A stretch of DNA of 52,469 nt, taken from positions 1 to 52,469 of IMG/VR virus record IMGVR_UViG_3300032224_001181; one strand, given 5' to 3'. Shown one piece after another: positions 39,414 through 49,090 of this stretch. This DNA comes from a virus (Duplodnaviria > Caudoviricetes). The translations under genes were made by a program, and so were the position numbers. Below the pieces are notes generated by a model. It was not told the origin of the DNA. It saw only the letters and a list, made by a program, of their open reading frames with translations, and searched no databases. Each line of letters starts with the position of its first letter. Position 1 is the stretch's first letter.

Positions 39414-39826
39414 TTAAAGACTGGATTACTAATATTTCAATTCCTCATAAAGAATTAGACGGAATGCCTGTATGCCCTTATGCTAAGTCGTCTGAGTATA
39501 CAGTCATAGAAACAGACGGGAGTGATATCAGCCCCCCTCCGTGGGACTTTGAACTTATCGTTTATAAGTTACCTGATGAATATTCAATAGATGAATTATC
39601 TGATATCGCAACAGAGTACAACAACATATATCCAGAGATGGTGTTTTTGCCGGACCATAAAGATAAAGATACATTTATAAACGGTATACAAACCAATAAC
39701 GGAAAATACAATCTTATTCTATGTCAATGGAGAGATAATTTAGAAACAGCCAGAACGAAATTGTCTAATACATCTTATTACAGCTTTTGGGACAGTGAGT
39801 ATTTAAAAGAGATATTAAACACATGA
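39410..39826 (+). CDS. Hypothetical protein (CPYA motif)
   Basis: Start at ATG 39410 (ATGA coupling); PVCPYAK, DH, YY..W. Confidence 0.65.
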   Translation: MIKDWITNISIPHKELDGMPVCPYAKSSEYTVIETDGSDISPPPWDFELIVYKLPDEYSIDELSDIATEYNNIYPEMVFLPDHKDKDTFINGIQTNNGKYNLILCQWRDNLETARTKLSNTSYYSFWDSEYLKEILNT

Positions 39827-40818
39827 TATGGACAGAGTGGGATCCTTTAGAAGAAATCATCGTTGGCGATTGTAGTCCTATAGCAAGTAATAAAGATCTT
39901 GCAAGGATATTACAGGAAACCAAAGAAGATTTAGATACATTAGCAGATTATCTAATCAGCATGGGCATAAAAGTATACCGCCCTAATGTTGATAAAAATC
40001 CTGCAATGTCTCCTATTGTTCCTCGCGATCAATACTTAGTATATGGTAGTACTATTTTACAAACATATACCAGCATGCCAGACAGATTCTCCGATGGCCT
40101 AAATTATAACGAAATTTTTGTAGAGTTATTCAAAGAAGGACATAACTGGATCAGTCAGCCGCCTCCTGTGTTGTCTACTCTTAAAGAAACAGACAAATGG
40201 TGGAATGAAGGTAAGCACATATATCACGACCTAAACAAGAATAAAATTCTATGGCATACTGCTACTATGTTTAAGTGCGGTGATGCATTAATAACAAATA
40301 AACAAGGACCCGGGACAGCATTAGGGCTAGAATGGATGCAACGTAATTTACCCAATACTCGAATTATTGAAAACGATAAGTGGGGTCATATTGATCACGG
40401 ATTTTTTATGATAAACGATGATACTGTCATCTGTATCAATCCGTCCTGGGTTCCTGACTGCTTACAAGATAAGAAACTAATTGTAATAGAAGATTATATT
40501 GAGGTATTGGATTATAGCAAGATAGTAGAAGACTTTTCTACTACCACAGGAACATTGAGCCAAGAGTGGATAGACAAATGGCTTAACGAGTGGAAAGGTT
40601 ATGTCCAAGACGTTGCGTTTGATAGTAATGTTTTAGTAATAGATTCTAACAATGTGTTGTTTTCTAGCTCTCAACCAAAATTATTTGAATTTTTAGAGCA
40701 ACAAGGAATTACTTGCCATGTTGTAAACATGCGACACAGTATGTTCTGGGAAGGTGGTATACATTGTCTAACACTCGATGTCAAACGCAAAGGAAGCCGC
40801 AGAGTAATCTGTAAATAG
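39823..40818 (+). CDS. Amidinotransferase (pentein fold)
   Basis: EWDPLEEIIVG, PRD, GHID, C-terminal GGIHCLTLD nucleophile Cys. Confidence 0.85.
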   Translation: MIWTEWDPLEEIIVGDCSPIASNKDLARILQETKEDLDTLADYLISMGIKVYRPNVDKNPAMSPIVPRDQYLVYGSTILQTYTSMPDRFSDGLNYNEIFVELFKEGHNWISQPPPVLSTLKETDKWWNEGKHIYHDLNKNKILWHTATMFKCGDALITNKQGPGTALGLEWMQRNLPNTRIIENDKWGHIDHGFFMINDDTVICINPSWVPDCLQDKKLIVIEDYIEVLDYSKIVEDFSTTTGTLSQEWIDKWLNEWKGYVQDVAFDSNVLVIDSNNVLFSSSQPKLFEFLEQQGITCHVVNMRHSMFWEGGIHCLTLDVKRKGSRRVICK

Positions 40819-40822
40819 AACT

Positions 40823-42733
40823 ATGAATAGTGTATACCTAATACAAGCAGAGATTACCTCTGGTCCAGTTAATGAACATTACCTGCCGTTCTCTGTAGGC
40901 TGCATTTGGGCGTATGCCAATCAGTTTGACTATGTAAAAGACAATTACGAACTAAAAGACGTGATATGGCGCAGAGAAAGACAACAAGATGTACTAGATA
41001 GAATAGTAGACCCTACGATTGTGGGATTTAGTTGCTATGTTTGGAATCATAATTGGAATTTGACTCTTGCTAAAAAAATCAAAGACAAGTATCCAAACTG
41101 TTTGATTGTATTTGGAGGCCCCAGTGTAAGCGAAAGCTGGTTAGAGAATGACTTTATTGATGTAGCTATGTTTGGTGAGGGCGAAGAAGCATGGGCTAAG
41201 TTACTAAAGATGCATGTAGAAGGGAAAGACCTTCCTAGATATTGGAATAATCCTAGACAGAAGAATATTGAACATTATCCTAGTCCCTATCTAACAGGGT
41301 TCTTTGATAAAATTATTGAGGACAATCCAGACGTTAGTTGGTTTATGATGCTAGAAACCAACAGAGGCTGTCCTTACCATTGCACATTCTGTGGGTGGGG
41401 TGCTGACTATCTTAACAAACTTAAAGTATTTGATTTAAACCGTGTTGATGACGAAATCAAATGGGCTATTACACATAACATTCACTGGGTCTTCATTATT
41501 GATGCTAACTCTGGTATCCTTAAAGAACGGGATGTTGAAATTGCATGGATGATACGCAGAGCTATTGAAACACCAGAAAGCAAGATTAGACGAGTTACAT
41601 TTAATCATGCAAAGAATTTAAACGAGTCGTGTTTTGAAATGGAAAGGATCATACAAGACTGGACTTATGGTCTAGAGATAGCAATTCAGAGCATGCATGC
41701 TCCTACATTAGAAGCAAGCAAGCGATTCAACATGGGTACTAATAATCTAAAGAAAGCCTATGCATTGTGTAAAAAACACGGCATTAGATATTACACCGAG
41801 TTAGTGTTAGGGCTACCTTTAGAAACCAAAGATACTTACATTAACGGACTTATGCAATTGATAGAGTTTGGCCAACACGACTCAGTTAAAACTTATCCGT
41901 GTACTGTTATTCCCAACAGTGAAATGGACACAAAAGAATATCAAGAGCAGTATGGAATTAAACTAATCTATCCTAAAGACATGTATCGTAGTCCAGAAGA
42001 ACGAGTATGGGATGTTGAGGATAATAGTTCAGAAACAATAGCTATGGTTTCTTCTACATCTAGCGCATCTAGCCAAGACTTAGCTGATTGCTTTTCCTAC
42101 AGCTGGATGATGAGTCAGTTTCACTATCTAGGTATTACTCAGATAACTTCCAAGTATTTGTTTTATATGAAATCAATAAGTTATAGAAGTTTCTATGACA
42201 GGCTCTACGAAGAACTTTTAATGGATCCAATTGGCGGACCTATCTTACAAGATGTTGAGGAAATATTAATTAATTATTTTTTACGCGGAGAGGTTCCAAA
42301 GGTTGAAAAATATAAGAATGTTGTAGCATTAACATTATCTGAAAGTTATTGCATAGACAACATTATTCAAAATCAAGATCATTTTATTGATTTAGGTATT
42401 AGAATAGCGAAAGAATTTACAGATGTTGATCAAAGCATAATTGATCTACAGTATGCTTACATGAAACGCGGAGCAGTTGAATATCCTTACACACTCAATT
42501 CAACTATCGACATTGACCGCTGGAAGTATTTAGATTGTGTTTATCAAATTGATTCTAAACAATCAGTAAGTCATATGCACGATCAAATGTATTCTAAATT
42601 TTTACAAAAGAATTACATAACAAATCTAACTAGGCCATTTATTGAAAAACACGTAACTGATACATACAAAGGAAATAAGCTATCATTAATTCCTGTAGTA
42701 GTTGAAGTATCTAACAAAGGGCGTGTACTATGA
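40823..42733 (+). CDS. Cobalamin-dependent radical SAM protein
   Basis: B12-domain GFSCYVWN..GGP..GEGE; RGCPYHCTFC; GLPLET. Confidence 0.9.
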   Translation: MNSVYLIQAEITSGPVNEHYLPFSVGCIWAYANQFDYVKDNYELKDVIWRRERQQDVLDRIVDPTIVGFSCYVWNHNWNLTLAKKIKDKYPNCLIVFGGPSVSESWLENDFIDVAMFGEGEEAWAKLLKMHVEGKDLPRYWNNPRQKNIEHYPSPYLTGFFDKIIEDNPDVSWFMMLETNRGCPYHCTFCGWGADYLNKLKVFDLNRVDDEIKWAITHNIHWVFIIDANSGILKERDVEIAWMIRRAIETPESKIRRVTFNHAKNLNESCFEMERIIQDWTYGLEIAIQSMHAPTLEASKRFNMGTNNLKKAYALCKKHGIRYYTELVLGLPLETKDTYINGLMQLIEFGQHDSVKTYPCTVIPNSEMDTKEYQEQYGIKLIYPKDMYRSPEERVWDVEDNSSETIAMVSSTSSASSQDLADCFSYSWMMSQFHYLGITQITSKYLFYMKSISYRSFYDRLYEELLMDPIGGPILQDVEEILINYFLRGEVPKVEKYKNVVALTLSESYCIDNIIQNQDHFIDLGIRIAKEFTDVDQSIIDLQYAYMKRGAVEYPYTLNSTIDIDRWKYLDCVYQIDSKQSVSHMHDQMYSKFLQKNYITNLTRPFIEKHVTDTYKGNKLSLIPVVVEVSNKGRVL

Positions 42734-43893
42734 AATTAATGGGATTTAATGACAGCAATATTAATCGATTGCTTGATAGTATCAAAGGAACTAGGTTAGA
42801 TACGACAGTTTCATTGTGCAATCATTGCCATAGGCACGTTCCTGCATGGAGATACTATACAGACAACAAAGTATATATTGCTAAGTCTTGTGCAATACAC
42901 GGTATTAGTCATCATCTAATTGAAAATGATTACGAATTTTATTCTAATCTATATTACACCCAAGATAACCCAGAGTTTAATTTCAATGGTGGAGTGTTGA
43001 TTGAAGGTAGCGACCGCTGTAACTTAGAATGCCCTCATTGCTATCATTTGCCAGATTCTAATACTAAAGACCCTAGCATAGAATCTTTATTAGATCAAGT
43101 AAGAGCGATGCCTTTAGGAAAGGACGGAGTGCATAGGATTATACTCGCAGGAGCAGAAAGCACATTGCGTAAAGATTTTCCAGAGCTTGTGTTGGCTATT
43201 AGAAGTCTACATCCTGAATTAGATGTAAGTGTTATGACAAACGGAATTAGATTCAATGATAGCGAGTTTGCACGTGAAAGTGTACAAGCAGGGTTAGCCG
43301 GATGTAACATTGGTCTTAATCATCCTGACTATATCAATCACGAAACTATTAGACGTAAACAAATTACAGCCATTGAGAATATGCATCGAGAGAATGTAAA
43401 AATAGGCTATATCAGTTACACTATGGTCAGCTTTGCAGAGCTAGGTGATATATTAACTGAGATAACCAGCAATTTCTGGCAACCTAAGAATTTTAGGATA
43501 CGCAATGGAGCTGAGATTGGTCGCAATGCAACTACTGAACAAACGTTTGTTAGTGATTTATATAAAGCTGTTGAACAATGGTGTTTAGATAATAACAAAT
43601 CATTCAGTCGTATAATAGAAGCAGACAATAATATCTATCATGTTATGGTTAAAATAGAAGATAAAACTGTGCGATTGATTAGTTGGTGTGATGAAAATAA
43701 TATTGACATGGAGGAACTGCGTAGTGGACCTTGGTGCAATTTTGTGCCAGACGGTATTACAAACTTCCTGCATCAAATTATTCGAAGAGATGTATGGAAA
43801 AACAATGGTACTATATTGTTAGACCAGCCGCCCGATCGTTATAAATTTAAAAGGGTAATAGATAATTCTACCTTGGATCTATTAAAATTATGA
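42730..43893 (+). CDS. Radical SAM protein with extra N-terminal CxxC..CxxHG
   Basis: SLCNHC..KSCAIHG; CNLECPHC; TNG. Confidence 0.85.
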   Translation: MKLMGFNDSNINRLLDSIKGTRLDTTVSLCNHCHRHVPAWRYYTDNKVYIAKSCAIHGISHHLIENDYEFYSNLYYTQDNPEFNFNGGVLIEGSDRCNLECPHCYHLPDSNTKDPSIESLLDQVRAMPLGKDGVHRIILAGAESTLRKDFPELVLAIRSLHPELDVSVMTNGIRFNDSEFARESVQAGLAGCNIGLNHPDYINHETIRRKQITAIENMHRENVKIGYISYTMVSFAELGDILTEITSNFWQPKNFRIRNGAEIGRNATTEQTFVSDLYKAVEQWCLDNNKSFSRIIEADNNIYHVMVKIEDKTVRLISWCDENNIDMEELRSGPWCNFVPDGITNFLHQIIRRDVWKNNGTILLDQPPDRYKFKRVIDNSTLDLLKL

Positions 43894-44387
43894 AGATAGC
43901 AATAACAGGTGGTAACGGATTAGTAGGAAGTTGCTTTGTCCACTCCTATACAAAACGAGGTCATGAAGTAGTAAACATTTCTCGTTCGTTAGGTTATGAC
44001 TTTAATAATATTGATAGTATTGTTGCGGCAATTCTGCCGTGTGATGTGTTTATCAATTGTTTACATCTTAAAAATATCCAAACAACATTATTAGATATAG
44101 TATGGCATCACTGGAACCATACGACAAAGCACATTATCAATATTAGCACTTGCAATACATTACCAAATTTCAAGTCTAAAAATATAGAATATCACCAAGA
44201 AAAATTAACTTTAGAAGAAAAGCATTGGAGTTTAATTCAAAATGCAGTACTCGCACCTTCCATGTGCTTGGTGAAATTAGGTGACGGGCATGAAGATAAC
44301 ACTTGGAGTAACTGCGTTGAATATGTGGTAAACAGTATCGAAACTTCAAGCCCTAATTATCTGTTTGAGATGGCAGTATTTAAATGA
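43890..44387 (+). CDS. Short SDR-like NAD(P)-binding protein
   Basis: ITGGNGLVG, DVFIN, IINIS, YHQEK (YxxxK). Confidence 0.7.
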   Translation: MKIAITGGNGLVGSCFVHSYTKRGHEVVNISRSLGYDFNNIDSIVAAILPCDVFINCLHLKNIQTTLLDIVWHHWNHTTKHIINISTCNTLPNFKSKNIEYHQEKLTLEEKHWSLIQNAVLAPSMCLVKLGDGHEDNTWSNCVEYVVNSIETSSPNYLFEMAVFK

Positions 44388-45004
44388 ACATTATTATAGA
44401 TCAAATTAGAGACGGACTTTATACGTTTGATTTAGAGCTAGATTATAGTTACGATCGAGTAGTGTCCGAGTTTGAAAACGAATCTTGGGAATCTCATAAA
44501 GATCGTAAAGATACATCCGGCCTTGCTGGAGATCCTTATCAAGAAAGATCCGGATTGATGAATCCTAAAAGTCCTATGCTACAATCAATTAGAGATTATG
44601 TTTCTAGCAATCAAGTAAAGCAACAGGCCATTGAGTATCTATACCAACATCAAGGAAAGTATGTGAGTTCAATGTGGGAAGGATGGTCAGCTGAACAGAT
44701 GTACAACAATACATTTTGGGGATCTATATACAATAGAGATTATCCAGGTTTTGCTATTTCTAATCATTTAGATACGAGACTTCAAGTAGCAACTGCACTC
44801 ATTTATTTTACTGAGAAAGACGACGCAGATCAATCAACAACATACTATACATCAGAAAATAAAGACAATAAAATTAGAATAGAAAACGGTTTTGGAAAAG
44901 GTGTGCTACATTTGAACGATCACACCAGCTGGCATGAAGGTGCTAACAACTCTAATAAGACACGTTACTCGTTAATATGCGGATTACTAATTAAGGTGCA
45001 ATAA
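44384..45004 (+). CDS. 2OG-Fe(II) oxygenase
   Basis: D.PGF.I.NHLD..IY..SWHEG..RYS. Confidence 0.7.
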   Translation: MNIIIDQIRDGLYTFDLELDYSYDRVVSEFENESWESHKDRKDTSGLAGDPYQERSGLMNPKSPMLQSIRDYVSSNQVKQQAIEYLYQHQGKYVSSMWEGWSAEQMYNNTFWGSIYNRDYPGFAISNHLDTRLQVATALIYFTEKDDADQSTTYYTSENKDNKIRIENGFGKGVLHLNDHTSWHEGANNSNKTRYSLICGLLIKVQ

Positions 45005-46140
45005 TGGAGTTAAATTTACGAACTAACGAAACTTTTAATGTTGAAGTATCTAAAACCGAACGGTATTGGATACACACCAATCACGGTAAACTATTAGATA
45101 CCATATGTGGTAGTATGACCTACATCTATGGATACAGCAACGATTACATATTAGATAAAATGTATAAACAACAACGTCAAATTGCCTATCTAGATTTTAA
45201 ACATAATGAAATATGTGAATCAAGTAACCAATTGACCAAACTATTATGTGACGAAGGTCAGTTTGAAGGTATTGGTTATGCTGTAAGCGGTAGTGATGGT
45301 GTCGAATGTGCCATTGCTATGAACAATCAGTATTGGAAAGAACTAAAACAAAACAAAGCAAAGATTATTAGTTTCACTCCAGGTTACCACGGAGCAACTT
45401 TTCTAAATCGATCATTTAGAAACGAAGAACTAGGTCCTGCTATTGTAGTAGAAAGAACAACAGAAAAAAATACCCTTGAAAAAGTAGAATACCTGTTGAC
45501 CAATCGTAACGATATTGGTGCAGTTATAATGGAGTCAATTCCGTGGTCAAATGGGATTAATCCTTGGAGCAAGGACTGGTGGCATGCTATTAGAGAATTA
45601 ACAAACAAACATAATGTTAATCTAATTATTGATGATGTTATGGGAGGTATGGGAAAACTAGGACACAAGTTCAGCCATAAACAATATGATGTAGAGCCAG
45701 ATATAGTTGTGCTAGGTAAATCGTTAACTGGAGGCTATGCTCCTCTGAGTTGTGCTTGCACAGTCAAACGGATCAGCGATGTAATTTCTAATAACTGGGC
45801 CTACGGGCATACATGGCAACCAAATATGGCAGGTGTAGGTGCCGCATTGGCTGTTTGGGATTTATTTGATAGCAGTACCGTGATAGCCGTCAGTAAACGT
45901 ATGGAATTAATTGCATCATCTCTGCTTGACAGAGATCTAATAGTTGATTACAGTACTATAGGATTGATAACTTCTATGAAATTAATTAATCCTATAACAA
46001 GCGAAACTTATCTCAAGAATGGGTTAACTGGCGGGCCTAGCATTAAACATTCTATTACTATATGCACACCTTTAATTGCAGATGATGAATACTTTGCTGA
46101 ATTAGAATCTAGATTAGTTAGCTGTCTTACAGTGATTTAA
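45004..46140 (+). CDS. Class III PLP aminotransferase
   Basis: SGSDGVE, GYHG, IIDDV.GG.G..G, PDIVVLGKSLTGGY, GHT. Confidence 0.9.
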   Translation: MELNLRTNETFNVEVSKTERYWIHTNHGKLLDTICGSMTYIYGYSNDYILDKMYKQQRQIAYLDFKHNEICESSNQLTKLLCDEGQFEGIGYAVSGSDGVECAIAMNNQYWKELKQNKAKIISFTPGYHGATFLNRSFRNEELGPAIVVERTTEKNTLEKVEYLLTNRNDIGAVIMESIPWSNGINPWSKDWWHAIRELTNKHNVNLIIDDVMGGMGKLGHKFSHKQYDVEPDIVVLGKSLTGGYAPLSCACTVKRISDVISNNWAYGHTWQPNMAGVGAALAVWDLFDSSTVIAVSKRMELIASSLLDRDLIVDYSTIGLITSMKLINPITSETYLKNGLTGGPSIKHSITICTPLIADDEYFAELESRLVSCLTVI

Positions 46141-47490
46141 GAAATACTCTAGATCTTCCGGAGTACCTATTCCCCACATTTGATTGATAGGTTTTACTTT
46201 AATTTTCTTGCCATCTTCTATAGCTTCATTAAACACAGGGCAAACATAAAATTCATTATTAGTGCGAATATCTTTGCTGATCATTTGCTCTGCATACTTA
46301 ACATAATCACTGCCTTTCTTCCAATAGTAGATACCTACTGTAGCATTATCGCTGATTGGTTTCTTCTCTGCAACTTCTGCAACAAAGCCGTTGTCATCTA
46401 TACGTGCAAATGACCATTTAGGATGTGTTGCCTTGAATGTTACAATACCGCCATCTATATCGTCTGCTGTAAAACCATATAGTGTTTCATTACTGTTCCA
46501 TTCAACAAACTGATCACTGTTAGCCATAAGCAAAGGTTCATTATTATCAATGTATTGTTTAGCCAACAAGGTAGTACGTGCGGCACCGTCAGTAATGCCA
46601 TCAACTTGCACAATATCGCATCCTGGAGCGATAAGACTTAACAGTTGTTTTAGATTGTATTTTTCATAGTGTGCTTTTTGAACTAGGAAGATATAGTGTG
46701 CTTCTATGTTTAAATTTTCAACAACAACCTGTATCATAGGTTTACCATTAACTTCAATTAAGGGTTTAGGAAATGTGTATCCTGCTTGTGCAAATCTACT
46801 GCCTGCTCCGGCCATTGGAATTAGTACATTCATCTTATTATTTCTCCATGGAATCTTTTTGGTGTTTACGCCGTTGACTATATCAACAGCTTCTTGTATC
46901 TTTTCAACTGTTAAATCGTTACTATTTTTTACAGGAACTAGATATGCTCCCGAATCAACAGCCCCTTGCCGGCCAATATGACTATCTTCTATAATAGCCG
47001 TAGTCTTAGGCAATGCATTCATAGCTGTCATGCATTTCCAATACATTTCGGGATATGGTTTGGATCTACTTACATCTTCATTTGACACAAAGTAATCAAC
47101 AAACTCCATAACCCCCACACTTAACAAAGCCAATTTAACTGTTTCTCTCACACTGTTACTTGCTACAGAAATTTTAATACCATGTGTGCTTATATATGCA
47201 AACATTTGACGTAACCTATCATTTCTAGGAAACTCTCTAATCAATTTAAAAGTAGCAGTCTGCTTATCGGTCCAGATTTGATTAAAGAATTTACGATCTA
47301 GTCCTTTAAGTTCTGAAAGTAGTTCTAGCTTACGAGTAGTATTCAATCCATCATATGTACTAAGATGTTCTTCTCGAGAGATAACAAACTGAGGACTGAT
47401 CCTAGAAAGTGCAGAATTAAGAGCTTGAAAATGTAGCTCTCGGCTTTCTATAAGCACACCATCTAAATCAAATATAATCAATTTGTTCAT
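46114..47490 (-). CDS. HAD phosphatase - nucleotidyltransferase fusion
   Basis: FDLDGVL, ASN, KP.P, EDS; then IPMAGAGSRF..PKPLI, EKK, NEFYV, GTPEDL. Confidence 0.9.
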   Translation of the reverse strand: MNKLIIFDLDGVLIESRELHFQALNSALSRISPQFVISREEHLSTYDGLNTTRKLELLSELKGLDRKFFNQIWTDKQTATFKLIREFPRNDRLRQMFAYISTHGIKISVASNSVRETVKLALLSVGVMEFVDYFVSNEDVSRSKPYPEMYWKCMTAMNALPKTTAIIEDSHIGRQGAVDSGAYLVPVKNSNDLTVEKIQEAVDIVNGVNTKKIPWRNNKMNVLIPMAGAGSRFAQAGYTFPKPLIEVNGKPMIQVVVENLNIEAHYIFLVQKAHYEKYNLKQLLSLIAPGCDIVQVDGITDGAARTTLLAKQYIDNNEPLLMANSDQFVEWNSNETLYGFTADDIDGGIVTFKATHPKWSFARIDDNGFVAEVAEKKPISDNATVGIYYWKKGSDYVKYAEQMISKDIRTNNEFYVCPVFNEAIEDGKKIKVKPINQMWGIGTPEDLEYFLNHCKTAN

Positions 47491-48209
47491 ATAATTCTAT
47501 TGTGAAACAAGTTCCAGTAGTTATCTTGAACTTCTTTAAAAGTTATTTCTTCTGTCATTGGAAATCTAGCTATGAAATGAGGTTCCTTAATTTGAAACGG
47601 CAGGTATGTTATACGAAGTCCTTTGCTCTCAACATACTCACACCAAACTTTATGTATTCCACCGTCATCCTGATCTAATAATAGTAGATCGTCAGAAAGC
47701 AACTTCTTTATATTTTGATATGTAGAGAAAAAATCGCAGTCTGCAACAATAGTTTTATCACCATTTTGAGGTAGAAATCCTACCGCATTGTCATATCTAG
47801 AATTGATACCTGTAAAATAAGAAGCACTTTCTCTAAAAAATAAATCTGGTCGCATTACATATACATAGTCGTAGTCAATACCCGATTGTTCTATCAATTC
47901 AAACCCCATCAACCATCCTTTACGCATAATAAGGAATCCGTCCTTATCGTCAGGTAAGGGACTTACTTTAATAACGGCAGGTCTCTTGAGCAAGTCTTTT
48001 ATCTCTTCCTCAAATACTGGACGAAAAGTTTTTATTGGGTTAGGGGATAAATGTCGACCAATTGGCGGATTATGCAATTTGGTTATTTCCCAGGTATGAA
48101 AATAAACATCAATATCAATGTCTGTAACAATTTTATCAAGGAATTTCATAGTTTTACGACAATAGGGAAATGTTCTATACTCTCCAACTATAAGTACTGC
48201 TAATTTCAC
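47487..48209 (-). CDS. Hypothetical protein (glycan-locus type)
   Basis: MKLAVLIVG..R, VYFHTW, YD.V..RPDL pattern recalled from polysaccharide loci. Confidence 0.55.
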   Translation of the reverse strand: MKLAVLIVGEYRTFPYCRKTMKFLDKIVTDIDIDVYFHTWEITKLHNPPIGRHLSPNPIKTFRPVFEEEIKDLLKRPAVIKVSPLPDDKDGFLIMRKGWLMGFELIEQSGIDYDYVYVMRPDLFFRESASYFTGINSRYDNAVGFLPQNGDKTIVADCDFFSTYQNIKKLLSDDLLLLDQDDGGIHKVWCEYVESKGLRITYLPFQIKEPHFIARFPMTEEITFKEVQDNYWNLFHNRII

Positions 48210-49090
48210 AATCTATCCTTAATATTTTCATATAATATATCTGCAATAACTTCGTGCCCTTGTCTTGTAGGGTGTGCGCAGTTAGTGATATAAGTTGAAG
48301 GTTTAGGTAATCCCATGTAATGATGATACCAGCCTCCAGAAGCTAAACTTTCATTTCCGTCTAATCTTAAAAGATATTGTAGGAAACTATCATAGCCTTT
48401 GGGGTAGATAAAATTACTCCAATCTATTTGATTAATAAGTTTTTTATGCTCAGGTTTTAAAAACGTTATAAGCCCGCATAGGGTTTTAATCAACCATGTT
48501 CTGTTTGCTCTGCCATCAAACGCACTTCCAAAAACAAATCTATATCCGTGTGCCTTGCAGTAAGTTTGTGCTTCTAAGATATTAAGGATTAACTCTACAG
48601 CTATAAAAACATCAGAATACACATGGTCGGAGTAGGCTTGCCATAACGATCTATTTTTTGCATTAGGATCTTGAGGATTTGGCCACATGGCTTCAAAAGT
48701 ATAATGGTCCTCAGTACTATAGTCTTTTCTTACAAAATCAAATCTTTCTAACCCGCTTAACATAAGCACTACAATTACTTCTTCAGCGTTTTCTAAATTA
48801 ACCTGTGTGTTAAGATATAGTTGCTTTACTGCCGCTCTGTTTCCTACTCCTGCGTGACCCATGTTAACTGGAATCCAACCTTTTAGGTGTTTCTGGCAGA
48901 TTTGATTTACCCAACTTCCTTCATATTGTTCAGCTATAAGCGAAGGCTTTTGAGTAAAAACTTCTATTTTATAGTTATTTTTCCAATAAGTCTCTTCAGA
49001 GTATGCGCCAACTCCTTGAGTATAGCTGTCACCAAGTCCTATTAAGACTTTAGATCCAGGAGCTATCTGTGGGATGTGTTTAGTGTACAT
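48206..49090 (-). CDS. SGNH-hydrolase-like protein
   Basis: GLGDSYTQG, NMG..G.GN, CAHP..GH..IA. Confidence 0.7.
   Translation of the reverse strand: MYTKHIPQIAPGSKVLIGLGDSYTQGVGAYSEETYWKNNYKIEVFTQKPSLIAEQYEGSWVNQICQKHLKGWIPVNMGHAGVGNRAAVKQLYLNTQVNLENAEEVIVVLMLSGLERFDFVRKDYSTEDHYTFEAMWPNPQDPNAKNRSLWQAYSDHVYSDVFIAVELILNILEAQTYCKAHGYRFVFGSAFDGRANRTWLIKTLCGLITFLKPEHKKLINQIDWSNFIYPKGYDSFLQYLLRLDGNESLASGGWYHHYMGLPKPSTYITNCAHPTRQGHEVIADILYENIKDRL

Noticed and set aside
12001-46140. Calling the island a saxitoxin, queuosine/7-deazaguanine or known DNA-hypermodification cluster
   Set aside because: No SxtA, FolE/QueCD/DpdA, thymidylate-synthase-like or DNA-transferase genes recognised in the window
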